Assembly: GCA_963847455.1 (NCBI GenBank)
Contig: CAWKAG010000042.1
Location: 27,161-91,160 of the forward strand
Direction: 5' to 3'
Source: an uncultured Acidimicrobiia bacterium
Lineage (GTDB): Bacteria; Actinomycetota; Acidimicrobiia; Spongiisociales; JAENVV01
Length of the DNA stretch: 64,000 bases
This document shows, piece by piece, positions 1 to 10,150 of the stretch; within the stretch, counting starts at the first letter, position 1; every line of letters starts with the position of its first letter. The notes below the pieces were generated by a model that searched no databases, was not told the DNA's origin, and was given only the letters and a program-made list of their open reading frames with translations. A program made the position numbers and the translations under genes.

Positions 1-2700
1 CCTACCGATTTCTGAACATCACCTGGAATGGCATCCTCGACCGGCCAGCCCGGTTGGCAGCCGCCCTGGCGGACAACCTGGCCGAGCCAGGCCAACTCGA
101 GCGCGTTGGCGCCACTCGAACCAGACGAACTATGGGAAACCCGCCAGGAGATTGTCGGCATCATCGATCGATACGAACAGGAGAAACGCCGATTGGGGGT
201 GGCTGACTTCGGCGACCTGATATTCCGAGCCAATCAACTCGTCAGCGGATACCCTGATCTCGCCACCCGCATCCGCGACCGTTATGACGCCGTCTACCTC
301 GACGAGTACCAGGACACCAACCCTGCCCAGCGAGAACTGCTCCGAACGTTGTTCGGCGGCGGGTTCCCGATCACGGCAGTCGGAGATGCCGATCAGACCA
401 TCTATGAGTGGCGCGGCGCCTCGCTGGCCAACTTCGCGGGCTTCGGCGAGCACTTCCCGCTCGGTGACGGATCACCCGCCCCGACCTATCCGCTGACCCT
501 CAACCGACGTTCCGGCCAAGCCATCCTCGACCTCGCCAATCGGGTTCGTGAGGAACTCGGCGAGGTAAGTGATCCTCTCCGAGCCCTCGACGGCGCCGAG
601 CCGGCCGTGGTCACCGTGCGATGGGAAGGCAACGCGGTCGAAGAAGCCGACTTCATTGCCGAGCAGGTTCTGGCGCTGCACGAGGGACAGGCAGTCGCCT
701 GGCGGGATATGGCGGTGCTCTTCAGGAAGAACAAAGACATCGAAGCGGTACGTGGAGCGCTCGAGGATCATGGCATCCCCGTCGAAGTGGCCAACCTGGG
801 AGGGCTGCTAGGAATCCCCGAGGTTGCCGACGTGTTCGCCTGGCTGCGGCTGCTCGACGACCCATCCGACGAACCCGCCTTTATCCGGGTCGCCATGGGC
901 AGCCGGTACCGCTTGGGTATGCACGACCTTAAGCCCCTGTCCCGCTGGGTCAGGGACCAACCCGAAATCGGTCGGTCGATGATCGAAGCACTCGATCAAC
1001 TCATTCCACCCGACCCCGACCAGGTCTCAGAAAGCGATCTGCGGGTTGACGAGTTGGACGAACGAACCGTCGACGCTCTGATCCACCTACATGGCGCCTA
1101 CCGTCAACTTCTCGAAGCGGCCCAGGGCGTCAACCTTATCGAGTTGGTCCGCCAGATTCTTGCTCGGACCGGAGCCTGGCCCGAGGTCGCCGCTATGCCA
1201 GCCGCCGCCCGCCAATCAGCCAGGCTCAACCTCTACCGATTCCTCGACCTCGCCGAAGAATGGAGCCCCCTCGAGGGCCGACCATCCCTTCGAGCGTTTG
1301 TGGATTACCTGATGCTCATGGTCGAAGAACAAACCGAAGAACTCGACACTGCCCGGCTGTCCGGCGAAGACGCCGTGGCGCTCTTGACGGTGCACCGCTC
1401 CAAGGGACTCGAATGGGATGCTGTGTTCGTGCCCGCCCTGTACGAGAAAAACTTCCCGAGTTCATCGATGGTGTCAGATGACCCCTACAAGCACCCGTAC
1501 ATGCTGCCGTACGAACTGCGCCTTGACCGTCATACGCTACCGCCGTTGACGGCCGATATGCCAGAAAAGGAGCGCAAGGACCTGCTCCGGCAACGGGATC
1601 TCGACCAGGAATGGAGGATCGCTTACGTGGCGGTTACCCGGGCACGTCGATGGCTAACTCTGACCGGGGCGACCTGGCACGGCACCACCGAAGTCCGCAA
1701 AACCGAGGGCAAACCCTCTCCGCTGTTCGACCTGGCCGCAAACCTGCCCAACGTGGTCGACCTCGGCAAAGTTGAGGATGCGCCTCGACCCGAGACCTTG
1801 CGACGACTGCCTTTGGCTGGCTCTCCCGACCCGACATTTTCAGACGGATGGGACGGAGCGCTCCGATCGACGCTCGCCGACCCGACGTGGGCCGGGGACC
1901 AGGCCGACCAGATCGGGGTCCGGGCGACCTACGATCAAGCTGTGTCAGATTTCCAACAAATGCTGTTCGAGCTTCCTGGCGAACCGGACCGTCAAGGTAC
2001 CGCCAGCCAGGCGAGTACATCAGTGACATCGCTCGTCACGTACGCAACCTGCCCGAAACGCTACTACTGGTCCGAAGTCGATCGTCTCCCCCGACGCCCG
2101 TCCTCGGCCGCCCGGCGCGGCGTAGACGTGCACCGCAAGATCGAACTTCATCAGCGCGGCGCCGTCCCCTTCGACGACGTCACCGACGACTTGTACGACG
2201 TACCCGAAACTGGACCTTCCGACGTGCTCGGCGCCTTCCGGGTATTCGAGCAGTCCCGCTTTTCCGATCGGGCCGCCCGCTTCATCGAAGCACCATTCGA
2301 ATTCGTACACGACGACCTGCGGATTCGCGGCCGGATCGATGCTGTCTACGAAAACGAGCCGGGCCAGTGGGAGATCGTCGATTTCAAGTCAGGGCGGCCA
2401 TCGAACAACCCCGCCATGATCGTCCAGTTGCAGGCGTATGCCGTTGCCATCGACCAGGGCTCCTTAGGCCCAACCGCCCCGGTAGAAATGCGAGCGACCT
2501 TCGCCTATCTCGGGGGCGGGGCGCTCACGGAGAAATCCGAAGCCGTCAACGACGACTGGATGGAATCGGCTCGGGATCGACTCACCGAGATCGCCACCGG
2601 AATCGGATCGGCCACGTTCGACCCGACGCCTTCGGATGCCTGCCACGGATGTGACTTCTTGCGGTTCTGTCCTGAAGGCAAGGCGTTCGTAGCTCGTTAG
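1..2700 (+). CDS. UvrD/REP-family helicase fused to a C-terminal PD-(D/E)XK nuclease (AdnB/AddA-like); 5' end outside the window; apparent +1 frameshift near nt 102
   Basis: Helicase motifs LDEYQDTN, VGDADQTIYEWRGA, LNRRS, LTVHRSKGLEWD, YVAVTRAR. Nuclease motif GRIDAVY...IVDFKSG with Cys pattern CPKRY...CHGCDFLRFC. Frame +1 has a TGA at 13-15, while frame +3 reads YRFLNITWNGILDRPARLAAALADNLAEPGQLE up to ~101. Confidence 0.9.
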
Positions 2701-3152
2701 ACGAGTTTGCCCTGGAGTGTTTCAAGGATCAATGTCACGGGACCATCGTTGAGCAACGCCACCTCCATGGCCGCCCCAAACTCTCCGCTGGCTACCCGCA
2801 CACCGTGACCGGCAACTCCTGAAGCGAGACGGTCGATCAGCTCCGCCGCCACCGCCGGATCACCCGCATCGGTAAACGACGGTCGGTTGCCCTTACGGGT
2901 CATGCCATAGAGCGTGAACTGGCTGACTAAAAGTAGCTCGCCACCGGTATCGAGCAGCGACCGGTTCATTTTGCCCTCCTCATCGGAAAAAACCCGCAGC
3001 GCCACCAGCTTGTCGGCGAGCACCTCTGCGTCGCGTTCCGTATCCCCATGAGTGGTTCCCGCAAGCACAAGTAGCCCACCCGAAATAGATCCCACTACCC
3101 GGTCCCCGACGACCACCGAAGCCCGCTTCACCCGCTGAACCACCAACCGCAT
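2697..3152 (-). CDS. dtd: D-aminoacyl-tRNA deacylase
   Basis: MRLVVQRV N-terminus, SQFTL motif, NDGPVT motif. Confidence 0.97.
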   Translation of the reverse strand: MRLVVQRVKRASVVVGDRVVGSISGGLLVLAGTTHGDTERDAEVLADKLVALRVFSDEEGKMNRSLLDTGGELLLVSQFTLYGMTRKGNRPSFTDAGDPAVAAELIDRLASGVAGHGVRVASGEFGAAMEVALLNDGPVTLILETLQGKLV

Positions 3153-3183
3153 CGTGGCACCCTACCGGACCTAGGATGCGCTT

Positions 3184-3738
3184 ATGCCCCAGCGTTGTTC
3201 ATGGGTTCCCGACGATGACTCTCTCTATGTCGACTATCACGACCGCGAATGGGGCGTCCCCGTTCACGACGATCGCACCCTGTTCGAGTTCCTCATCCTG
3301 GAAGGGGCCCAGGCCGGCCTCAGCTGGCGCACCATTCTGGGTCGTCGAGACGGGTATCGGCGGGCGTTCGCGCAGTTTGACCCGGTGGTCGTCGCCCGTT
3401 TCACCCCCGACGACCACGCGCGCCTCATGACCGATCCTGGCATCATTCGCAACCGGCTCAAAGTGGCGGGCGCCACCAAAAACGCCATCGGGTTCCTTGA
3501 CGTCCAGGCTGAATACGGATCGTTCAGCGACTACCTCTGGTCGTGGACGGACGGCCAGGTCATCGTGAACCGTCCTCGATCATCGGAAGAGCTTCCAGCC
3601 AGGACCAACCTGTCCGAGCAACTGTCAGCCGACCTGAAGCGGCGAGGCTTCACGTTCGTCGGTCCAACGATAATGTACGCCTACCTGCAAGCGATAGGCG
3701 TCGTGGACGATCATGCGGCCAACTGTTTTCGTGCGTAA
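3184..3738 (+). CDS. tag: DNA-3-methyladenine glycosylase I
   Basis: RCSW...YHDREWG, LEGAQAGLSW, IIRNRLK, GFTFVGPT, DH...CF. Confidence 0.96.
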   Translation: MPQRCSWVPDDDSLYVDYHDREWGVPVHDDRTLFEFLILEGAQAGLSWRTILGRRDGYRRAFAQFDPVVVARFTPDDHARLMTDPGIIRNRLKVAGATKNAIGFLDVQAEYGSFSDYLWSWTDGQVIVNRPRSSEELPARTNLSEQLSADLKRRGFTFVGPTIMYAYLQAIGVVDDHAANCFRA

Positions 3739-3747
3739 GATCGCCAC

Positions 3748-6072
3748 ATGGTTTTTGATAGAGCGTTGCCCAATAATCCGCGATGGCCAGGGACTCCTGG
3801 CCGTCCAACCGTGCTCCTTACCGACGCCTCTAGCCAACTCGAAGAGAAGCTGATTGCCGGGTGGGCGGCCCGTCACGGAGAGAACTACGAAACCATTCGC
3901 ATTCCCCCATCGCGAAGGCGGCGCCCCGGCACGAGGCCCGACCCCCGTCTCGAAGCCCGTCTCGGAAGAGACGACGATCCGCTGATCGTCCCGGTGCGGG
4001 TCGTGTGGCAGGCAGCCGATCGGGACGGAACCCGTTCGGTTCGTATCAGCGACTTACTCAAGTTCGGCGATCCACGCGACCCGAACATCCTCCGACAGCA
4101 GTTGTTCTTGCGGAGGTTCCCGGATCGCTGCCAAATCGTGCTCGGCGAGCCGGCTGGCGCCGCGGTGCTGCGCGAAGCGTGGAAAGCCTCGGATGATGTC
4201 GTCGCCTTGCGTGAATTTGTGGCCCGCCGCGCCTGGTTGACCCTCGAACGTGCCGAACGTCGCGTCCGCGGGAACCGGTACAAGGTTCCCAAGTTCCTGA
4301 CCGAAGAGATCGTCAGAACCGGCTCATTCCGCGATGGCATCTCACGCCTGAGCACCGAAACGGGCAAGGCGTATGCGTCAGTACACAAAGAAGCCCTGAA
4401 CAATCTGCGGGAAATCGCTGCGTCACATTCGCCACTCGTGATCGACCTGGCCGCCAACTTGATCAACCGGCTCTACCGACAGGGCTATGGGTCTATCAAC
4501 TACGACGCCGCCCACCTCAACCGGCTCTACCAACTCGGCGAGCAGCATCCACTCATCTTCCTGCCGTCTCACAAAAGCCAGTTGGACCGACTGATGCTCC
4601 AATACATCCTTTGGGAGAACGACCGTCCGCCGAACCACACCGCGGGTGGTATCAACATGAACTTCTTCCCGATCGGCCAAATCATCCGTCGGTCCGGAGT
4701 CTTCTTCATCCGACGGACGTTCAAAGACAAGCCGATCTACAAGTTTGCTCTCCGGTCCTACATTGACTTCCTCATCGAAAAACGATTCCCGATCGAGTGG
4801 TATCTTGAGGGAGGTCGGAGTCGCTCCGGCAAGCTACTCCCACCGAAGTTCGGCATGCTCAGCTACGTCACGGATTCCTATCTCCGCAACAAGGCCGAAG
4901 ACATCATCCTGTTGCCCGTCTCGATCGCCTACGACCAGATCCAGGACGTCGCCGACTACGCCAGAGAGCAACGTGGCGAAGCCAAGCAAGGCGAGAGCAT
5001 CTCATGGGTCGTGCATGCCATTGCTCAATTGCGCCGTCGGCATGGCAACGTGTACGTCCGGTTCGGCGAACCGGTGTCGCTCGCCAAGGCGCTGCCCGCC
5101 GGCACGACCGATTCTGACGAGAAGTCGATCGCCATCCAGAAGGTCGCGTTTGAGGTGATGGTGCAGATCGGGCGGGTTACGCCTATCTCGCCAACGGCCG
5201 GAGTGTGCATCGCCCTTCTCAGCCGACCCAATACTGCTCGCAGCGCCCAAGAAATCCGGGATTCGCTGGCCGAACTGGCCGAGTTTGTCATCCGCCGCCG
5301 GTTACCGATCACCGAACGGGTTCTCCTCGACGGTACGGAACAGGTAGTCGAGGTCCTCGAGCGGCTCGTCGAGCACGATATCGTCACTCGCGTGGATGGT
5401 GGAAGCACCGCCGTGTATCAAATCGGCGCCGATCAACATCTCTCGGCCGCCTATTACCGCAATGTCGTGATCCACTTCTTCGTGAACTCGGCAATCGCCG
5501 AGTTAGCCCTGCAGCGAGTCTCAGCCGAGCAACCAGCTGATCCGCTCACAATGTTTTGGGATGAGGCGATGGCGATTCGAGACTTGCTCAAGTTCGAGTT
5601 CTTCTTCGCTGCCAAGGAGGACTATCAGGCCGAAATCGGCGCCGAACTCGGGTACTTTGATCCGGACTGGGCGGCCGTCGTGAGTCGCGGGAACGCCGAT
5701 GAAGTCCTTCGGGCGATCCGCCCAACGATGAGCACGTGGGTGCTCGCTCCGTTCCTCGAGTCCTACGCCGTGGTCGCCGAGGTCCTCAGCTCGCTGCCGG
5801 CCACCGTTGACGACAAGACTTTCATGGCTCAGGCAATCGGTCTCGGGAAGAGCTACCAATCGCAGGGCAAGATCACCGCCGCCGAATCAGTGTCTCAGGT
5901 GTTCTTCAAGACCGCTCTCGATCTGGCGAGAAACCGGGGCCTGGCCGGGGAACGGGCGGAATCGATCGACGAGCCGTCGCTGGCGAGTCGACGAAAAGAG
6001 TTCGTTGACGAAATCGACGATCTGCTGAACCGGATCCGGACGATCGCCGCCCTCAAGGACGCCAGCGCCTAG
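3748..6072 (+). CDS. plsB: glycerol-3-phosphate O-acyltransferase (PlsB family)
   Basis: HKSQLD (HX4D), GVFFIRR, YLEGGRSRSGK, LPVSIAYD. Confidence 0.92.
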   Translation: MVFDRALPNNPRWPGTPGRPTVLLTDASSQLEEKLIAGWAARHGENYETIRIPPSRRRRPGTRPDPRLEARLGRDDDPLIVPVRVVWQAADRDGTRSVRISDLLKFGDPRDPNILRQQLFLRRFPDRCQIVLGEPAGAAVLREAWKASDDVVALREFVARRAWLTLERAERRVRGNRYKVPKFLTEEIVRTGSFRDGISRLSTETGKAYASVHKEALNNLREIAASHSPLVIDLAANLINRLYRQGYGSINYDAAHLNRLYQLGEQHPLIFLPSHKSQLDRLMLQYILWENDRPPNHTAGGINMNFFPIGQIIRRSGVFFIRRTFKDKPIYKFALRSYIDFLIEKRFPIEWYLEGGRSRSGKLLPPKFGMLSYVTDSYLRNKAEDIILLPVSIAYDQIQDVADYAREQRGEAKQGESISWVVHAIAQLRRRHGNVYVRFGEPVSLAKALPAGTTDSDEKSIAIQKVAFEVMVQIGRVTPISPTAGVCIALLSRPNTARSAQEIRDSLAELAEFVIRRRLPITERVLLDGTEQVVEVLERLVEHDIVTRVDGGSTAVYQIGADQHLSAAYYRNVVIHFFVNSAIAELALQRVSAEQPADPLTMFWDEAMAIRDLLKFEFFFAAKEDYQAEIGAELGYFDPDWAAVVSRGNADEVLRAIRPTMSTWVLAPFLESYAVVAEVLSSLPATVDDKTFMAQAIGLGKSYQSQGKITAAESVSQVFFKTALDLARNRGLAGERAESIDEPSLASRRKEFVDEIDDLLNRIRTIAALKDASA

Positions 6073-6082
6073 CAAGCCCTGG

Positions 6083-6904
6083 CTACGGAGCCATCGTCGA
6101 ATACGAGGCGTAGTGATGAATCGCCACGCCTCCATAGCCGCCGGCCCCCGTGAAAGCGGCCTCCACTTTGGCGAGCTCGGCCGCCATGGCCGCCGAACCC
6201 TCCTCGTAGAACGTGACCTTGTCGACCGAAACTGCTCCGGTTTCGACCCCAACGACCACTCGCTTCGACAACTGCGAGCCGAGCGCAACTTCAAAACCGG
6301 CCAGGTCGACGATCCCATCAACACCCTCGGCGTGATCACGATACGCCATGACGACTATCCCGTCGGTGGTGGCCAGCGTCTGTTCGACAAGCGTTTTCCC
6401 CTTGGTCCGGTACTCGTCGAGATCCCACCAGAACGGCACCGCCACCAACATCTCGGTTGATCCCGCCGCCGACGTGGCCGCCTTCACGTTCTTCAGGTAG
6501 GAGGAGATGAGCCGGGAACGTTTGCGGGTGTTCGACCAGTCGGCGAGCAGATATGGTTCAACATCAGCAACGATGCCGTCAAATTGCCCGAAGCCGACCA
6601 CTTCGTTCGTCCAATTGACCCAGGCCGAGCGATTCTTGGCCCAGCTGGCGTCTCCGGCGACAGCCCAGACCCGGAGTCCCAGGTACTGGGCGTCGGCGAT
6701 GAACGGCGCATACCGGGCATCGGAAGAGAAGCCCGGCGGTGCGCTGAGATACAAGTCGGTTACGCCGCGGCTGGTCGCAAACTCAATCACGCCATCAACC
6801 GGGCCGTCCCAAACCCACATCGCCCGATCCGACGATGCTCCGGCGGGAACCGCCAGAGCCATCATGAGTCCAACGAGTGCGGACGTAACCAACCTGTATT
6901 TCAT
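6083..6904 (-). CDS. secreted protein, probable glycoside hydrolase-like TIM barrel
   Basis: Signal peptide, then RAMWVW, FDGIVADVEPY, VMAYRD, VGVET, TFYEEG, AIHHY. The fold is inferred from motif spacing. Confidence 0.6.
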   Translation of the reverse strand: MKYRLVTSALVGLMMALAVPAGASSDRAMWVWDGPVDGVIEFATSRGVTDLYLSAPPGFSSDARYAPFIADAQYLGLRVWAVAGDASWAKNRSAWVNWTNEVVGFGQFDGIVADVEPYLLADWSNTRKRSRLISSYLKNVKAATSAAGSTEMLVAVPFWWDLDEYRTKGKTLVEQTLATTDGIVVMAYRDHAEGVDGIVDLAGFEVALGSQLSKRVVVGVETGAVSVDKVTFYEEGSAAMAAELAKVEAAFTGAGGYGGVAIHHYASYSTMAP

Positions 6905-6986
6905 TCAGAAGCCCCCATAGCTCGACGTTGACCCTAGGCACCGATACCCGAAACATAAAGGAGCAACCTAGGTTCACTCTATGTGA

Positions 6987-8348
6987 CTAGTCCTCGAGCG
7001 AACCAACCTGGTCCGCGGATGGCTCAGCTCAGCAGAACCACGGCTCAGTCAGCCGTGGCCTCCCTTCAAAACTCCCTATTTCAAGCGATTCGGGAGGTAG
7101 TTCGGCAGCTTCGAGAGCCATGGCAAACAGATCGTGAATAATGTCTGACGGTTCGGCATTTGACCGCGTAGAGTGGTCGACGTGCTCGGAGTAGCGAGTC
7201 ACCAACTTCTCGGCACGAGGGTCCATCGCCGCCCATTCATAGGTCAGAAGGTCATGGTCGTAGGCCCCGAGGTAAGGGGTCAACTCGGGTCGCTTGAGGA
7301 GTACGGAACCTTCGGGGATGAGCAGTTTGATCGTGAATTGGATCGGGTCCGTCGGCAGGTCGTACTCGGCAACAAACCGGAACATGTCAACGACATCTTC
7401 GGCAGTGGTCCAAGGCGTAAACGGCAACCAGGAAGGGCGAATGTCGATCCCGACCGATCGCATGATTTCGACAGCTTCGGCCATGTCGTGGCGATCGTGC
7501 CCCTTGTCGAGGATGGTCAGGACATCATCGTTCATCGACTCAAAAGCAGAAACAGCAAACACGACCCCGGCGGCACTCACCCGGTCCCACAGGGTCCGAT
7601 GTTTCAAGATGTGTTCGACCTTCACGGTGATATCGAAGGTCAGATCGGGAAACTGCCGGTGCGCCTCTTCGAGAATCCTCATGGCATGGTGCGGCCCGTT
7701 GAAGAAGTCAGGGTCGCCAAACGTGATGTGCTCGGCCCCCATGCCAACCAGTTGAGCGATGTCGTCGAGAATGACGTCGGCACCCACCACCCGGAACAAC
7801 CCGTCGTAGATTGCCGGGATCGGACAGTGACCACATCGATGCCGGCACCCGTGGCTCGCCTCGACGTATCCGACGACGCGTTCGTGTCCGGCACTTTCCA
7901 TTTTGGCGTACCGGTCGAGCGGCGGCAGCAGGTCGCGGGCGGGAAGCAGAAACGACGACTTGACGAGGTCGCTCGAAACCCCGGAGTCGAGCGTATTGGC
8001 CCAGGATGCCAGCGCCGTTTCGTACTCGCCGACAATAATCCGATCTGCGACCTGTCCGAGCGTCACCGCCTGGCTCATGCCGGCATAGAGGCCGTAGAGA
8101 CATACGGGTTTGTCGGGGAAACGTGCCTTGATCCGGCTGGCCACATCGATGGCAAGCCGCATAGCGGTATGCATCGGCACAGAAAAAGCCACCGCGTCAG
8201 CCCACTCGACGTCGTTCCAGTCAATCGGATCGATCGCCAGGTCCCCGGCCCGTACTTCGTGACCGTCGCCGCGAAGCACGGCGGCGGGCGAGGCGACATG
8301 AAGCGGCTGATGACCCAGCTCATAGGTTGAAATCAGGAGGGCTTTCAC
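6987..8348 (-). CDS. CUAEP-tail B12-binding-type radical SAM selenoprotein (Sec encoded by UGA at 7029-7031)
   Basis: CxxxCxxC (GCRHRCGHCP) and an N-terminal B12-binding-like domain. The ORF-track stop reads through as TEPWFC-U-AEPSADQVGSLED-TAG, with TAG at 6987-6989, matching the CUAEP/CCAEP-tail family signature. Confidence 0.9.
6998..7016 (-). promoter_or_regulatory. bacterial SECIS-like hairpin
   Basis: Minus strand reads UGA-GCUGAGCCAUCC-GCGGACC-AGGUU-GGUUCGC: a 7-bp stem (one G-U) starting 12 nt after the UGA, with an AGGUU loop resembling the AGGUCU loop of the E. coli fdhF SECIS. Confidence 0.8.
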
Positions 8349-8378
8349 CCGCCTAGCCTATCGCCCTAGGCTCCCAAC

Positions 8379-9134
8379 ATGGCCGAAGCAGTCTTCTTCA
8401 AGGGATCCAGGGGTGACGAACTCGCCGGGATCTTCCACCGACCCTCTGGGGACATCAAGGCCGGGCTGGTCATGGCGCACTGCTTCACATGCTCCAAAGA
8501 CCTGTCCGCTTCCAGCCGCATGGCTAAGGCACTCGCCCGGGAAGGGTATGCAGTACTGCGCTTCGACTTCACCGGACTCGGCGAATCTGAGGGGTCGTTT
8601 GAGTCCTCGACATTCGTAGCGAACGTTGGTGACCTCACTCGGGCCGCCCTCTGGCTGATCGACCAGGGCTTCGGACCGTGCGGCATGATCGGGCACAGTC
8701 TCGGCGGGGCAGCAACCCTCGTGGCTGCCAGCCGGATCCGGCCGGTACGCTCGGTTGCGACCATCGGTGCACCCTCGACCGCCAAGCACGTCTTGCATCT
8801 GATCTCGCCCGAAACCCGCGTTCAGGCTGAGGCCGAAGGATGCGCCTACGGGACTATTGGGGGACGGGAGTTTCCGATCTCCTACCAATTCCTCGCCGAC
8901 CTCGAACATTATGACGAGGACGCCGCCCTCAAGAAGCTGGATCGACCGCTGCTCGTGCTGCACTCGCCGGGTGACGAAACCGTGCCGGTGAGCGAGGGTG
9001 AGCGAATCTTCGCAGTGGCTAAGCAACCGAAGGCATTTGCTCCTTTGTTGGCTGCCGATCACCTACTGACCGGGCCGTCCGACGCGGCGCAGGCGTCTAA
9101 ACTTCTCGTTGACTGGTTCGACAGGACGTTGTGA
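8379..9134 (+). CDS. alpha/beta hydrolase resembling the hydrolase module of hydrolase-OsmC fusion proteins
   Basis: AHCFTCSKD, LRFDFTGLGESEG, GHSLGG nucleophile, HSPGD, ADHLL. Confidence 0.88.
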   Translation: MAEAVFFKGSRGDELAGIFHRPSGDIKAGLVMAHCFTCSKDLSASSRMAKALAREGYAVLRFDFTGLGESEGSFESSTFVANVGDLTRAALWLIDQGFGPCGMIGHSLGGAATLVAASRIRPVRSVATIGAPSTAKHVLHLISPETRVQAEAEGCAYGTIGGREFPISYQFLADLEHYDEDAALKKLDRPLLVLHSPGDETVPVSEGERIFAVAKQPKAFAPLLAADHLLTGPSDAAQASKLLVDWFDRTL

Positions 9135-9490
9135 TGGGATTCGATTTCGTCGAAGAGCAAATCCGATTGGCTACTGAACGAGGTGACTTCGACAACTTGC
9201 CAGGAGCCGGCAAGCCGATCGAAGGACTCTCGCGTACCTACGATCCGAACTGGTGGGCTCAGGACTTCCTCAAGCGACTCGCTACCGAGGACCAAAACCG
9301 AGAGCACTCAGCCGAACTTGAGCGAAAGCTGACCAGAGTGTGGGGTATGGAAAATGAAGGTATGGTTCGAACCGCCGTCCGGGACCTCAACGCCGAAGCC
9401 GGGTCCGAAAGATTCGACATTGACGCAGTCCTGGTGAGCTGGCGCAAGTTCCGGGCGTCGCTACGACCACGAGGTGACCGGACATTATGA
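9134..9490 (+). CDS. DUF1992 (DnaJC28-like domain) protein
   Basis: VEEQIRLATERGDFDNLPGAGKPI...WW. Confidence 0.8.
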   Translation: MGFDFVEEQIRLATERGDFDNLPGAGKPIEGLSRTYDPNWWAQDFLKRLATEDQNREHSAELERKLTRVWGMENEGMVRTAVRDLNAEAGSERFDIDAVLVSWRKFRASLRPRGDRTL

Positions 9491-9507
9491 CGGGCGTTCG
9501 GTAAATC

Positions 9508-9840
9508 GTGGACATCGCCTGCATCTGCGGAGAAACCAACGCCCTGCACGGCGATCAGATCGGCGGGACCATACGATTGACGTGTGACAGCTGCGGGCAC
9601 AGCTGGACCAGGAACCCGGCATCGGTTTGCGGCAATTGCGGAAGCCAGGATCTCCAAACCGTCCCTCTTGCCATCGTCGAGAAGGGACGCGGCACCCAAT
9701 TATCCGTAGTTGGCGTTCGATCGGTTTCGCTCTGTTCGTCGTGTGACGAGCAGCGCCTGCGCGAGTATCACGACCATCGACCCAACCCGTTGATGCCAGA
9801 CGAACTCCCGAACGTAGCTCCCGGGGAGCGATTGAAATGA
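9508..9840 (+). CDS. small multi-CxxC (double zinc-ribbon-like) protein
   Basis: CIC, CDSC, CGNC, CSSC in 110 aa; its stop overlaps the next start (ATGA). Confidence 0.75.
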   Translation: MDIACICGETNALHGDQIGGTIRLTCDSCGHSWTRNPASVCGNCGSQDLQTVPLAIVEKGRGTQLSVVGVRSVSLCSSCDEQRLREYHDHRPNPLMPDELPNVAPGERLK

Positions 9841-10112
9841 CCGAACCAGGCCCCGACTGGCTGCTCATCATCAACCGGGTGGTCGGCACGGCCCTTTGGG
9901 TGCCGGCCCTGGTCTTCTATGGCGTGTCGGGTCTGATTGCCCCACTCCTCGGTGTCCTCGCTCTGTGGGTCGTAGGAGCGGTCTGGTTGGGTATCGGCGC
10001 TCGCTGGTGGCATCAACGCAGCCTGCTGTACGCCGCCTCGCCGGCTCTTGCACTGGCGACCTGGATGCTGATCGTGTACCTCGGGGATCGTTTCTTGGGG
10101 TGGACAGCCTGA
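9837..10112 (+). CDS. small integral membrane protein
   Basis: Three hydrophobic segments; coupled to the upstream gene. Confidence 0.75.
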   Translation: MTEPGPDWLLIINRVVGTALWVPALVFYGVSGLIAPLLGVLALWVVGAVWLGIGARWWHQRSLLYAASPALALATWMLIVYLGDRFLGWTA

Positions 10113-10150
10113 CCGATTTTGTGTCACACCCCTGGCCTAGCCTGACCAGC

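Noticed and set aside
7173-8330. 385-aa ORF on the + strand
   Set aside because: Antisense shadow of the radical SAM gene with no recognisable motifs; such shadows are common in GC-rich DNA.
9896-10150. N-terminal extension of the UvrD-HRDC ORF
   Set aside because: Overlaps the 9837-10112 membrane gene; a leaderless start fits at 10151.
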